Virus record (IMG/VR): IMGVR_UViG_2778261088_000001
DNA from: a virus
Lineage: Duplodnaviria > Heunggongvirae > Uroviricota > Caudoviricetes
Strand: one strand, 5' to 3'
Length of the DNA stretch: 8,170 nt
This document shows, in pieces, positions 1 through 7,410 of this stretch. Each line of letters starts with the position of its first letter. Positions within the stretch are counted from its first letter, which is position 1. Position numbers and translations under genes: made by a program. Below the pieces are notes generated by a model, which was given only the letters and a program-made list of their open reading frames with translations, searched no databases and had not been told where the DNA came from.

Positions 1-191
1 AATCGGTGGAGCTGCATGACAAAGTCATCGGGCATTATCTGAACATAAAACACTATCAATAAGTTGGAGTCATTACCACCTTCATCTACATAAAAACCTT
101 CGTGATGTCTGCATGGAGACAAGACACCGGATCTGCACAACATTGATAACGCCCAATCTTTTTGCTCAGACTCTAACTCATTGATACGCAT
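1..191 (-). CDS. ea8.5: Ea8.5-like protein, N-terminal 63 codons (gene runs off the left edge of the window)
   Basis: Minus-strand ATG at 191-189 preceded by AGGAG (CAAGGAGTTTATAA-ATG); frame stays open to position 1, reading MRINELESEQKDWALSMLCRSGVLSPCRHHEGFYVDEGGNDSNLLIVFYVQIMPDDFVMQLHR. Position left of ea22 matches lambda gene order. Identification from memory. Confidence 0.6.
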   Translation of the reverse strand, partial: MRINELESEQKDWALSMLCRSGVLSPCRHHEGFYVDEGGNDSNLLIVFYVQIMPDDFVMQLHR

Positions 192-382
192 TTATAAACT
201 CCTTGCAATGTATGTCGTTTCAGCTAAACGGTATCAGCAATGTTTATGTAAAGAAACAGTAAGATAATACTCAACCCGATGTTTGAGTACGGTCATCATC
301 TGACACTACAGACTCTGGCATCGCTGTGAAGACGACGCGAAATTCAGCATTTTCACAAGCGTTATCTTTTACAAAACCGATC

Positions 383-931
383 TCACTCTCCTTTGATGCG
401 AATGCCAGCGTCAGACATCATATGCAGATACTCACCTGCATCCTGAACCCATTGACCTCCAACCCCGTAATAGCGATGCGTAATGATGTCGATAGTTACT
501 AACGGGTCTTGTTCGATTAACTGCCGCAGAAACTCTTCCAGGTCACCAGTGCAGTGCTTGATAACAGGAGTCTTCCCAGGATGGCGAACAACAAGAAACT
601 GGTTTCCGTCTTCACGGACTTCGTTGCTTTCCAGTTTAGCAATACGCTTACTCCCATCCGAGATAACACCTTCGTAATACTCACGCTGCTCGTTGAGTTT
701 TGATTTTGCTGTTTCAAGCTCAACACGCAGCCTCCCTACCGTTAGTGCAATATCCTCGTTCTCATTGTCGCGGCGTTTGACGTATTGCTGGTTTCTTTCC
801 CGTTCATCCAGCAGTGCCAGCACAATCGATGGTGTTACCAGCTCATGGAAAAGGTCAGCGTCAAATCCCCAGTTGTCATGCATTGCCTGCTCTGCCGCTT
901 CACGCAGTGCCTGAGAGTTAATTTCGCTCAC
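383..931 (-). CDS. ea22: Ea22-like protein (182 aa), exo-xis region
   Basis: 182-codon ORF in the track; same length and position as lambda ea22. Start codon is GTG (plus-strand CAC at 929-931) and overlaps the orf73 stop by GTGA, implying translational coupling. Confidence 0.8.
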   Translation of the reverse strand: MSEINSQALREAAEQAMHDNWGFDADLFHELVTPSIVLALLDERERNQQYVKRRDNENEDIALTVGRLRVELETAKSKLNEQREYYEGVISDGSKRIAKLESNEVREDGNQFLVVRHPGKTPVIKHCTGDLEEFLRQLIEQDPLVTIDIITHRYYGVGGQWVQDAGEYLHMMSDAGIRIKGE

Positions 932-1149
932 TTCGAACCTCTCTGTTTACTGATAAGCTCCAGATCTTCCTGGCAACTTGCACAAGTCCGACAACCCTGA
1001 ACGGCCAGGCGTCTTCGCTCATCTATGGGATCGCCACACTCACAACAATGAGTGGCAGATATAGCCTGGTGGTTCAGGCGGCGCATTTTTATTGCTGTGT
1101 TGCGCTGTAATTCTTCAATTTCTGATGCTGAATCAATGATGTCTGCCAT
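928..1149 (-). CDS. orf73: TraR/DksA-family C4 zinc-finger protein (lambda Orf73-like, 73 aa)
   Basis: 73-codon ORF with two Cys pairs (HCCECGDPI and QGCRTCASC) typical of TraR/DksA C4 zinc fingers; sits between ea22 and the orf61 region as in lambda. Confidence 0.8.
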   Translation of the reverse strand: MADIIDSASEIEELQRNTAIKMRRLNHQAISATHCCECGDPIDERRRLAVQGCRTCASCQEDLELISKQRGSK

Positions 1150-1200
1150 CTTTCATTAATCCATGAATTGTTGGTTAATACGCTTGAGGGTGAATGCGAA

Positions 1201-1225
1201 TAATAAAAAAGGAGCCTGTAGCTCC
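1201..1225 (-). terminator. Candidate intrinsic terminator on the minus strand (GC hairpin plus T6)
   Basis: Plus strand 1205-1225 is AAAAAA-GGAGC-CTGTA-GCTCC; on the minus strand that is a 5-bp GC stem with 5-nt loop followed by TTTTTTATTATT, 23 nt downstream of the 1248 stop codon. Confidence 0.45.
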
Positions 1226-1247
1226 ATGATGATTTTGTTTTTCATGC

Positions 1248-1529
1248 TCACCGTTCCTTAAAGACGCCGTTTAACATGCCGATCGCCAGGCTTAAATGAG
1301 TCGGTGTGAATCCCATCAGCGTTACCGTTTCGCGGTGCTTCTTCAGTACGCTACGGCAAATGTCATCGACGTTTTTATCCGGAAACTGCTGTCTGGCTTT
1401 TTTGATTTCAGAATTAGCCTGACGGGCAATACTGCGAAGGGCGTTTTCTTGCTGAGGTGTCATTGAACAAGTCCCATGTCGGCAAGCATAAGCACACAGA
1501 ATATGAAGCCCGCTGCCAGAAAAATGCAT
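1248..1529 (-). CDS. orf61: Hypothetical protein from the orf61 region; frame and length differ from the lambda reference as I recall it
   Basis: 93-codon ORF from ATG 1529, no convincing SD; alternative start at ATG 1463 (MTPQQENALR...). An upstream in-frame ATG at 1559 overlaps orf63 by 20 nt, as lambda orf61 does, but is separated from this ORF by TGA at 1532-1530. See findings. Confidence 0.45.
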   Translation of the reverse strand: MHFSGSGLHILCAYACRHGTCSMTPQQENALRSIARQANSEIKKARQQFPDKNVDDICRSVLKKHRETVTLMGFTPTHLSLAIGMLNGVFKER

Positions 1530-1539
1530 TCAGTGGTTG

Positions 1540-1731
1540 TCATACCTGGTCTCTCTCATCTGCTTCTGCTTTCGCCACCATCATTTCCAGCTTTTGTGAA
1601 AGGGATGCGGCTAACGTATGAAATTCTTCGTCTGTTTCTACTGGTATTGGCACAAACCTGACTCCAATTTGAGCGAGGCTATGTGCCATCTCAATGCTCG
1701 TTCTTAACTCAACAGGAGATGCTTTGTGCAT
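1540..1731 (-). CDS. orf63: Orf63-like protein (63 aa), exo-xis region
   Basis: 63-codon ORF; length and position match lambda orf63; overlaps orf60a by 28 nt. Confidence 0.7.
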   Translation of the reverse strand: MHKASPVELRTSIEMAHSLAQIGVRFVPIPVETDEEFHTLAASLSQKLEMMVAKAEADERDQV

Positions 1732-1886
1732 ACAGCTCCCCGTTTATTATTTATCTCCTCAGCCAGCCGCTGTGCTTTCAGGGGATTTCGGGTAACAGAA
1801 AGGCCGGGAAATACCCAGCCTCGCTTTGTAACGGAGTAGACGAAAGTGATCGCGCCTACCCGGATATTATCGTGAGGATGCTTCAT
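1704..1886 (-). CDS. orf60a: Orf60a-like protein (60 aa)
   Basis: ORF track gives 62 codons from ATG 1892; I place the start at ATG 1886-1884, which overlaps the exo TGA stop (1883-1885) in an ATGA coupling arrangement and gives the 60 codons of lambda orf60a. Confidence 0.65.
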   Translation of the reverse strand: MKHPHDNIRVGAITFVYSVTKRGWVFPGLSVTRNPLKAQRLAEEINNKRGAVCTKHLLLS

Positions 1887-2563
1887 CGCCATTGCTCCCC
1901 AAATACAAAACCAATTTCAGCCAGTGCCTCGTCCATTTTTTCGATGAACTCCGGCACCATCTCGTCAAAACTCGCCATGTAATTTTCATCCCGCTCAACC
2001 ACGACATAATGCAGGCCTTCACGCTTCATTCGTGGGTCATAGTTGGCAAAGTACCAGGCATCTTTTCGCGTCACCCACATGCTGTACTGCACCTGGGCCA
2101 TGTAAGCCGATTTTATGGCCTCGAAACCACCGAGCCGGAATTTCATGAAATCCCGGGAGGTAAACGGGCATTTCAGTTCAAGGCCGTTGCCGTCACTGCA
2201 TAAACCATCGGGAGAGCAGGCGGTGCGCATACTTTCGTCGCGATAGATGATCGGGGATTCAGTAACATTCACGCCGGAAGTGAACTCAAACAGGGTTCTG
2301 GCGTCGTTCTCGTACTGTTTTCCCCAGGCCAGTGCTTTAGCGTTAACTTCCGGAGCCACACCGGTGCAAACCTCGGCAAGCAGGGTGTGGAAGTAGGACA
2401 TTTTCATGTCAGGCCACTTCTTTCCGGAGCGGGGTTTTGCTATCACGTTGTGAACTTCTGAAGCGGTGATGACGCCGAGCCGTAATTTGTGCCACGCATC
2501 ATCCCCCTGTTCGACAGCTCTCACATCGATCCCGGTACGCTGCAGGATAATGTCCGGTGTCAT
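1883..2563 (-). CDS. exo: Lambda-type 5'-3' exonuclease Exo (Red alpha), 226 aa
   Basis: 226-codon ORF; sequence ([37 protein letters not shown]...GFVFGEQWR) matches lambda Exo as I remember it; ATG overlaps the bet stop. Confidence 0.95.
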   Translation of the reverse strand: MTPDIILQRTGIDVRAVEQGDDAWHKLRLGVITASEVHNVIAKPRSGKKWPDMKMSYFHTLLAEVCTGVAPEVNAKALAWGKQYENDARTLFEFTSGVNVTESPIIYRDESMRTACSPDGLCSDGNGLELKCPFTSRDFMKFRLGGFEAIKSAYMAQVQYSMWVTRKDAWYFANYDPRMKREGLHYVVVERDENYMASFDEMVPEFIEKMDEALAEIGFVFGEQWR

Positions 2564-3345
2564 GCTGCCACCTTCTGCTCAGTGGCTTTCTGTTTCAGGA
2601 ATCCGAGAGCTTTCACTGCTTCGACCTGTGTCAGTTCTGACGATGCGCGAATGTCGCGGCGAAATATCTGGGAACAGAGCGGCAATAAGTCGTCATCCCA
2701 TGTTTTATCCAGGGCAATCAGCAGAGTGTTAATCTTCTGCATGGTTTCATCGTTAACCGGAGTGATGTCGCGTTCCGGCTGACGTTCTGCAGTGTATGCG
2801 GTATTTTCGACAATGCGCTCGGCTTCATCCTTGTCATAGATACCAGCAAATCCGAAGGCCAGACGGGCACACTGAATCATGGCTTTATGACGTAACATCC
2901 GTTTGGGATGCGACTGCCACGGCCCCGTGATTTCTCTGCCTTCGCGGGTTTTGAATGGTTCGCGGCGGCATTCATCCATCCACTCGGTAACGCAGATCGG
3001 ATGATTACGGTCCTTGCGGTAAATCCGGCATGTGCAGGATTCATTGTCCTGCTCAAAGTCCATGCCATCAAACTGCTGGTTTTCATTGATGATACGGGAC
3101 CAGCCATCAACGCCCACCACCGGAACGATGCCGTTCTGCTTGTCAGGGAAGGCGTAAATTTCTTTCGTCCACGGATTAAGGCCGTACTGGTTGGCGACGA
3201 TCAACAATGCGATGAACTGCGCATCGCTGGCATCGCCTTTAAATGCCGTCTGGCGAAGAGTGGTGATCAGTTCCTGTGGGTCGACAGAATCCATGCCGAC
3301 ACGTTCAGCCAGCTTCCCAGCCAGCGTTGCGAGTGCTGTACTCAT
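2560..3345 (-). CDS. bet: Lambda-type single-strand annealing protein Bet (Red beta), 261 aa
   Basis: 261-codon ORF; matches lambda Bet in length and recalled sequence; sits between gam and exo. Confidence 0.95.
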   Translation of the reverse strand: MSTALATLAGKLAERVGMDSVDPQELITTLRQTAFKGDASDAQFIALLIVANQYGLNPWTKEIYAFPDKQNGIVPVVGVDGWSRIINENQQFDGMDFEQDNESCTCRIYRKDRNHPICVTEWMDECRREPFKTREGREITGPWQSHPKRMLRHKAMIQCARLAFGFAGIYDKDEAERIVENTAYTAERQPERDITPVNDETMQKINTLLIALDKTWDDDLLPLCSQIFRRDIRASSELTQVEAVKALGFLKQKATEQKVAA

Positions 3346-3350
3346 CCGTT

Positions 3351-3767
3351 TTATACCTCTGAATCAATATCAACCTGATGGTGAGCAATGGTTTCAACCA
3401 TGTACCGGATGTGTTCTGCCATGCGCTCCTGAAACTCAACATCGTCATCAAACGCACGGGTAATGGCTTTTTTGCTGGCCCCGTGGCGTTGCAAATGATC
3501 GATGCATAGCGATTCAAACAGGTGCTGGGGCAGGCCTTTTTCCATGTCGTCTGCCAGTTCTGCCTCTTTCTCTTCACGGGCGATCTGCTGGTAGTGACGC
3601 GCCCAGCTCTGAGCCTCAAGACGATCCTGAATGTAATAAGCGTTCATGGCTGAACTCCTGAAATAGCTGTGAAAATATCGCCCGCGAAATGCCAGGCTGA
3701 TTAGGAAAACAGGAAAGGGGGTTAGTGAATGCTTTTGCTTGATCTCAGTTTCAGCATTAATATCCAT
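3351..3767 (-). CDS. gam: Gam (RecBCD inhibitor), 138-codon long form with an internal start for the 98-aa short form
   Basis: 138-codon ORF matching lambda Gam. Internal ATG at 3647-3645 ([12 protein letters not shown]...) is preceded by AGGAG (plus-strand CTCCT at 3655-3659), the classic short-form start. Confidence 0.93.
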   Translation of the reverse strand: MDINAETEIKQKHSLTPFPVFLISLAFRGRYFHSYFRSSAMNAYYIQDRLEAQSWARHYQQIAREEKEAELADDMEKGLPQHLFESLCIDHLQRHGASKKAITRAFDDDVEFQERMAEHIRYMVETIAHHQVDIDSEV

Positions 3768-3865
3768 TTTTTATAAGCGTCGACGGCTTCACGAAACATC
3801 TTTTCATCGCCAATAAAAGTGGCGATAGTGAATTTAGTCTGGATAGCCATAAGTGTTTGATCCAT
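3722..3865 (-). CDS. kil: Kil (host cell-division inhibitor), 47 aa
   Basis: Within the 89-codon ORF 3722..3991, ATG at 3865-3863 preceded by AGGAG gives 47 aa ([47 protein letters not shown]), matching lambda Kil; overlaps the 3' end of cIII. Confidence 0.85.
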   Translation of the reverse strand: MDQTLMAIQTKFTIATFIGDEKMFREAVDAYKKWILMLKLRSSKSIH

Positions 3866-3998
3866 TCTTTGGGACTCCTGGCTGATTAAGTATGTCGATA
3901 AGGCGTTTCCATCCGTCACGTAATTTACGGGTGATTCGTTCAAGTAAAGATTCGGAAGGGCAGCCAGCAACAGGCCACCCTGCAATGGCATATTGCAT
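3834..3998 (-). CDS. cIII: CIII (FtsH inhibitor that stabilises CII), 54 aa
   Basis: Within the 78-codon ORF 3834..4070, ATG at 3998-3996 preceded by AAGGAG gives 54 aa ([54 protein letters not shown]), matching lambda CIII. Confidence 0.88.
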   Translation of the reverse strand: MQYAIAGWPVAGCPSESLLERITRKLRDGWKRLIDILNQPGVPKNGSNTYGYPD

Positions 3999-4070
3999 GG
4001 TGTGCTCCTTATTTATACATAACGAAAAACGCCTCGAGTGAAGCGTTATTGGTATGCGGTAAAACCGCAC

Positions 4071-4439
4071 TCAGGCGGCCTTGATAGTCATATCATCTGA
4101 ATCAAATATTCCTGATGTATCGATATCGGTAATTCTTATTCCTTCACTACCATCCATTGGAGGCCATCCTTCCTGACCATTTCCATCATCCCAGTCGAAC
4201 TCACAAACAACACCATATGCATTTAAGTCTTTCGAAATTGCTATAAGCAGAGCATGTTGCGCCAGCATGATTAATACAGCATTTAATAAAGAGCCGTGTT
4301 TATTTAGTCGGTATTCAGAGTCTGACCAGAAATTATTAATCTGGTGAAGTTTTTCCTCTGTCATTACGTCATGGTCGATTTCAATTTCTATTGATGCTTT
4401 CCAGTCGTAATCAATGATGTATTTTCTGATGTTTGACAT
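4071..4439 (-). CDS. ea10: Ea10-like protein, 122 aa
   Basis: 122-codon ORF at the lambda ea10 position; ATG 4439 preceded by GAGGA. Confidence 0.8.
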   Translation of the reverse strand: MSNIRKYIIDYDWKASIEIEIDHDVMTEEKLHQINNFWSDSEYRLNKHGSLLNAVLIMLAQHALLIAISKDLNAYGVVCEFDWDDGNGQEGWPPMDGSEGIRITDIDTSGIFDSDDMTIKAA

Positions 4440-4455
4440 CTGTTCATATCCTCAC

Positions 4456-4485
4456 AGATAAAAAATCGCCCTCACATTAGAGGGC
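4456..4485 (-). terminator. Candidate intrinsic terminator on the minus strand between ral and ea10 (tL2-like position)
   Basis: Stem GCCCTC (4468-4473) / GAGGGC (4480-4485) with 6-nt loop; on the minus strand it is followed by GATTTTTTATCTG, immediately upstream of the ea10 RBS. Confidence 0.45.
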
Positions 4486-4621
4486 AAAGAAGATTTCCAA
4501 TAATCAGAACAAGTCGGCTCCTGTTTAGTTACGAGCGACATTGCTCCGTGTATTCACTCGTTGGAATGAATACACAGTGCAGTGTTTATTCTGTTGTTTA
4601 TGCCAAAGATAAAGGCTACCA

Positions 4622-4823
4622 TCAGGCAGCCTTGTTGTTCTGTTTGTCAAGTTCTCTGGCAATCATTGCCGTCGTTCGTATTGCCCATTTATCGACATAT
4701 TTCCCATCTTCCATTACAGGAAACATTTCTTCCAGGCTTAACCATGCATTCCGATTGCAGCTTGCATCCATTGCATCGTTTGAATTGTCCACACCATTGA
4801 TTTGTATCAATAGTCGTAGTCAT
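4622..4823 (-). pseudogene. ral: ral (restriction alleviation) disrupted by a +1 frameshift
   Basis: ATG at 4823-4821 opens a frame reading MTTTIDTNQWCGQFKRCNGCKLQSECMVKPG... that stops after 44 codons; the -1 frame (track ORF 4622..4810) carries the Ral C-terminus EEMFPVMEDGKYVDKWAIRTTAMIARELDKQNNKAA. The two join into a 66-aa Ral if one C is removed from TTCTTCCAGG near 4730-4734. Confidence 0.6.
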
Positions 4824-4893
4824 ACGGATAGTCCAGGTATTGTTCCATCACATCCTGAGGATGCTCTTCGAACTCTTCAAATTCTTCTTCCAT
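4807..4893 (-). CDS. Small acidic ORF (28 aa), lambda orf28-like
   Basis: ATG at 4893-4891 preceded by TAAGGTGATAT; translates MEEEFEEFEEHPQDVMEQYLDYPYDYDY, stop at 4809-4807; overlaps the ral start. Very short, so the call is tentative. Confidence 0.35.
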   Translation of the reverse strand: MEEEFEEFEEHPQDVMEQYLDYPYDYDY

Positions 4894-4945
4894 ATATCAC
4901 CTTAAATAGTGGATTGCGGTAGTAAAGATTGTGCCTGTCTTTTAA

Positions 4946-5080
4946 CCACATCAGGCTCGGTGGTTCTCGTGTAAAGGGCATGCCAAGCAAGTCGATGCTG
5001 CATATGCAAAAGAATGCGCGCTGGAAGGTATGGCGAGAACACAGGTTATCTGGCTGAAAGAGGGGGTTATTAAGGCGTGA
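4946..5080 (+). pseudogene. 3' fragment of a ybcO-like (DLP12 nin-region) gene, lacking its start
   Basis: Frame opens after TAA at 4943-4945 with no start codon and reads [44 protein letters not shown]; the last ~30 residues match my recollection of the YbcO C-terminus. Stop at 5078-5080 overlaps the rusA GTG (GTGA). Confidence 0.45.
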
Positions 5081-5439
5081 ATACCTACAGCATCACATTA
5101 CCCTGGCCTCCGAGCAATAACCGCTACTACCGGCATAATCGCGGGCGCACGCACATCAGCGCAGAAGGGCAGGCATACCGTGATAACGTCGCCCGAATCA
5201 TTAAAAACGCAATGCTGGATATCGGCCTGGCTATGCCTGTGAAAATCCGCATTGAGTGCCACATGCCGGATCGCCGTCGCCGTGACCTGGATAATCTGCA
5301 AAAAGCCGCTTTTGACGCACTCACTAAAGCAGGTTTCTGGCTGGATGATGCTCAGGTCGTTGATTACCGCGTTGTGAAGATGCCTGTTACCAAAGGTGGG
5401 AGGCTGGAACTGACCATCACCGAAATGGGGAATGAATGA
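5077..5439 (+). CDS. rusA: RusA Holliday-junction resolvase, 120 aa
   Basis: 120-codon ORF with GTG start; [26 protein letters not shown]...[12 protein letters not shown] matches DLP12 RusA as I recall it. Confidence 0.92.
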   Translation: MNTYSITLPWPPSNNRYYRHNRGRTHISAEGQAYRDNVARIIKNAMLDIGLAMPVKIRIECHMPDRRRRDLDNLQKAAFDALTKAGFWLDDAQVVDYRVVKMPVTKGGRLELTITEMGNE

Positions 5440-5576
5440 TGTTTGAGTTTAATATGGCAGAACTTCTTCGCCACCGCTGGGGGCGTCTGCGCTTATATCG
5501 TTTCCCCGGTTCTGTTTTGACCGATTACCGAATACTGAAGAATTACGCCAAAACCCTGACAGGAACAGGAGTATGA
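5436..5576 (+). CDS. ylcG: YlcG-like small protein, 46 aa
   Basis: Not in the ORF track (too short). ATGATG at 5436 overlaps the rusA stop; translates [46 protein letters not shown], stop at 5574-5576; sits between rusA and the Q gene as in DLP12. Confidence 0.6.
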   Translation: MMFEFNMAELLRHRWGRLRLYRFPGSVLTDYRILKNYAKTLTGTGV

Positions 5577-5661
5577 AGTCAGAGATAACAATCAACTAAT
5601 ACTGTTTTGTTGATTTTTGCTTGTAATTGGCGTTCTGGTCTGATTTTTGTGGAGTAAGTTG

Positions 5662-6045
5662 ATGCGTGATATTCAGATGGTTCTTGAGCGTTGGGGTGCG
5701 TGGGCGGCTAATAATCATGAAGATGTGACCTGGTCGTCCATTGCCGCCGGTTTTAAGGGATTAATTCCTTCAAAAGTAAAATCTCGCCCGCAATGTTGTG
5801 ACGATGACGCGATGATCATTTGCGGGTGCATGGCCCGTCTGAAAAAGAACAACAGCGATTTACACGATTTATTAGTAGATTATTATGTATGTGGTATGAC
5901 ATTCATGTCACTGGCAAGTAAGCATTGCTGCTCGGATGGTTATATCGGGAAAAGGTTACAGAAGGCTGAGGGCATAATTGAAGGGATGTTAATGGCATTA
6001 GATATCCGGTTAGATATGGATATCGTTGCTAATAATTCTAATTGA
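5662..6045 (+). CDS. quuD: Q-family late-gene antiterminator (QuuD-like), 127 aa
   Basis: Track ORF begins at TTG 5647; I place the start at ATG 5662, preceded by GGAG with 7-nt spacing ([24 protein letters not shown]...). Contains a Cys cluster ([12 protein letters not shown]). Matches DLP12 QuuD from memory. Confidence 0.88.
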   Translation: MRDIQMVLERWGAWAANNHEDVTWSSIAAGFKGLIPSKVKSRPQCCDDDAMIICGCMARLKKNNSDLHDLLVDYYVCGMTFMSLASKHCCSDGYIGKRLQKAEGIIEGMLMALDIRLDMDIVANNSN

Positions 6046-6182
6046 TATGCAATTGTTTACTAAAAGTTATTAAAAATGGGGCGTGGAAACGCCCCCAAAA
6101 TAAAGGGTAATATATAACAGAAGGTTTATATAGTAAGAAGCAAGGTAGTGCTTCTAAAGGAAGTGGCTTGAGGGCTCCACTT

Positions 6183-6222
6183 ATATGTTGCGGAGGCAAA
6201 GCCTCCCGCAACATATCTTTTT
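6183..6222 (+). terminator. Strong intrinsic terminator on the plus strand downstream of the Q gene (candidate tR'-like element)
   Basis: 15-bp stem ATATGTTGCGGAGGC (6183-6197) / GCCTCCCGCAACATAT (6201-6216, one bulged C) with AAA loop, followed by CTTTTT (6217-6222); ends 11 nt before the porin stop codon on the other strand. Confidence 0.55.
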
Positions 6223-6233
6223 CGTAAGTCAGA

Positions 6234-7316
6234 TTAGAACTGATAAACCAGACCTACAGCGACGATGTCGTCGGTATCAATACCAGCTGTTTTGGTAAAC
6301 TTACTATCGTCAATTAAGTTGATTTTGTAATCAACAAAAGTGGACATGTTTTTATTAAAGTAGTAAGTAGCACCGACATCGACATACTTGACTAAGTCTC
6401 GGTCACCATGAACACCAAGGTCTTTACCTTTTGACTGAAGGTAAGCAACAGATGGGCGCAGACCGAAGTCAAACTGATATTGTGCTACTGCTTCAAAGTT
6501 TTGTGCTTTGTTTGCAATATGGTTATTACCAAAAACGGTCATATTCTGAGTTTCAGAATATGTGGTAGCCAGATAGATATTGTTCGCATCATATTTCAGG
6601 CCTGCAGCCCATACTTCCGCATTTTTGCCGGAGGCATTGAATTTGCTCTTACCATAGGCGACCTGACCGTCAGTGCGATCTGATTTAGCATAGGTTGCAC
6701 CCACGCCGAATCCTTCATACTCATAAGTAGTGGAGAAACCGAAACCATCACCATTGGCTTCAGTTACGTCAGTGCGGTCATTTTTACCCTGATACTGAGC
6801 AGCAAAGTTCAGGCCATCGACCAGACCAAAGAAGTCGTTGTTACGATAAGTTGCAACACCAGTAGTGCGACCAGTCATGAACACATCTGTTTGGGTCCAG
6901 GTATCACCACCGAATTCTGGCAGAACGTCAGTCCACGCACCGATGTCGTATGCTACACCGTAGTTACGGCCGTAATCGATTGAGCCGTAATCACCAAATT
7001 TCAGGCCTGCAAATGCAAGACGGGTTTTGTCTTTGGAAGAACCTTGAGATTCAGCACGGTTGCCTTTGAATTCATATTCCCACTGACCGAAACCAGTCAG
7101 TTGATCGTTGATTTGGGTTTCACCTTTGAAGCCAAGACGGGCATAAGTAGTATCACCATCATCTGCATCATTAGAGGAGAAGTAGTGCTTGGCATTAACT
7201 TTCCCGTATAGATCCAGCTTGTTACTGTCTTTATTATAAATTTCAGCTGCCTGAGCAGACATCGCCATCAGTACTGATGCAGCTACAGCAGAAATTGCCA
7301 CTGTTAATTTTTTCAT
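6234..7316 (-). CDS. nmpC: Outer-membrane general porin precursor (NmpC/Lc/OmpC family), 360 aa, apparently intact
   Basis: Track ORF is 380 codons from ATG 7376; I call ATG 7316, which gives a classic signal peptide ([23 protein letters not shown] / AEIYNKD). The protein ends in the porin C-terminal Phe (...VGLVYQF). No insertion element interrupts it. Confidence 0.92.
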   Translation of the reverse strand: MKKLTVAISAVAASVLMAMSAQAAEIYNKDSNKLDLYGKVNAKHYFSSNDADDGDTTYARLGFKGETQINDQLTGFGQWEYEFKGNRAESQGSSKDKTRLAFAGLKFGDYGSIDYGRNYGVAYDIGAWTDVLPEFGGDTWTQTDVFMTGRTTGVATYRNNDFFGLVDGLNFAAQYQGKNDRTDVTEANGDGFGFSTTYEYEGFGVGATYAKSDRTDGQVAYGKSKFNASGKNAEVWAAGLKYDANNIYLATTYSETQNMTVFGNNHIANKAQNFEAVAQYQFDFGLRPSVAYLQSKGKDLGVHGDRDLVKYVDVGATYYFNKNMSTFVDYKINLIDDSKFTKTAGIDTDDIVAVGLVYQF

Positions 7317-7390
7317 TGTACGCCCTTTTTTTGAACTATTATTAAAAAATGATGTCACTGCGCGATAAATATTCATCTAATCAATGTGAT

Positions 7391-7410
7391 TATTTCAAGA
7401 TGTAAGTTTT
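7391..7410 (-). promoter_or_regulatory. OmpR-box-like motif upstream of the porin gene (tentative)
   Basis: Minus strand reads AAAACTTACATCTTGAAATA, resembling the ompC C1-type OmpR site TTTACATTTTGAAACATCTA as I recall it (TTACAT..TTGAAA core), about 75-95 bp upstream of the porin ATG. No -10/-35 pair defined. Confidence 0.25.

Noticed and set aside
192-382. Small ORFs in the ea8.5-ea22 intergenic region (for example 19 codons from ATG 208 on the plus strand)
   Set aside because: Too short, no RBS, and no recognisable motif; treated as non-coding spacer within the leftward operon.
1704-1892. Possibility that the orf60a-like protein is a Lar/RalR restriction-alleviation homologue
   Set aside because: I could not support it: the protein has no CxxC zinc-ribbon pairs and I cannot verify the similarity from memory, so I left it as orf60a-like.
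2908-3378. 156-codon plus-strand ORF (with other plus-strand ORFs at 1892..2203, 2466..2782 and 3191..3463) antisense to exo, bet and gam
   Set aside because: They lie entirely inside well-supported minus-strand genes, lack RBSs, and have low-complexity compositions typical of shadow ORFs.
4548-4922. 124-codon plus-strand ORF spanning the ea10-ral intergenic region and antisense to ral and orf28
   Set aside because: No RBS, a Ser/Leu/Ile-rich composition characteristic of antisense reading of an AT-biased gene, and it conflicts with ral and orf28, which have good starts.
5647-5661. TTG start at 5647 for the Q gene (132 codons, as in the ORF track)
   Set aside because: The ATG at 5662 has a properly spaced GGAG RBS and gives the 127-aa length I remember for QuuD; the TTG has no SD.
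6234-7376. Extended 380-codon porin ORF starting at ATG 7376 ([20 protein letters not shown]...)
   Set aside because: The extension sits ahead of a textbook signal peptide that begins at the internal ATG 7316, which has its own purine-rich RBS; porin precursors start at the signal peptide.
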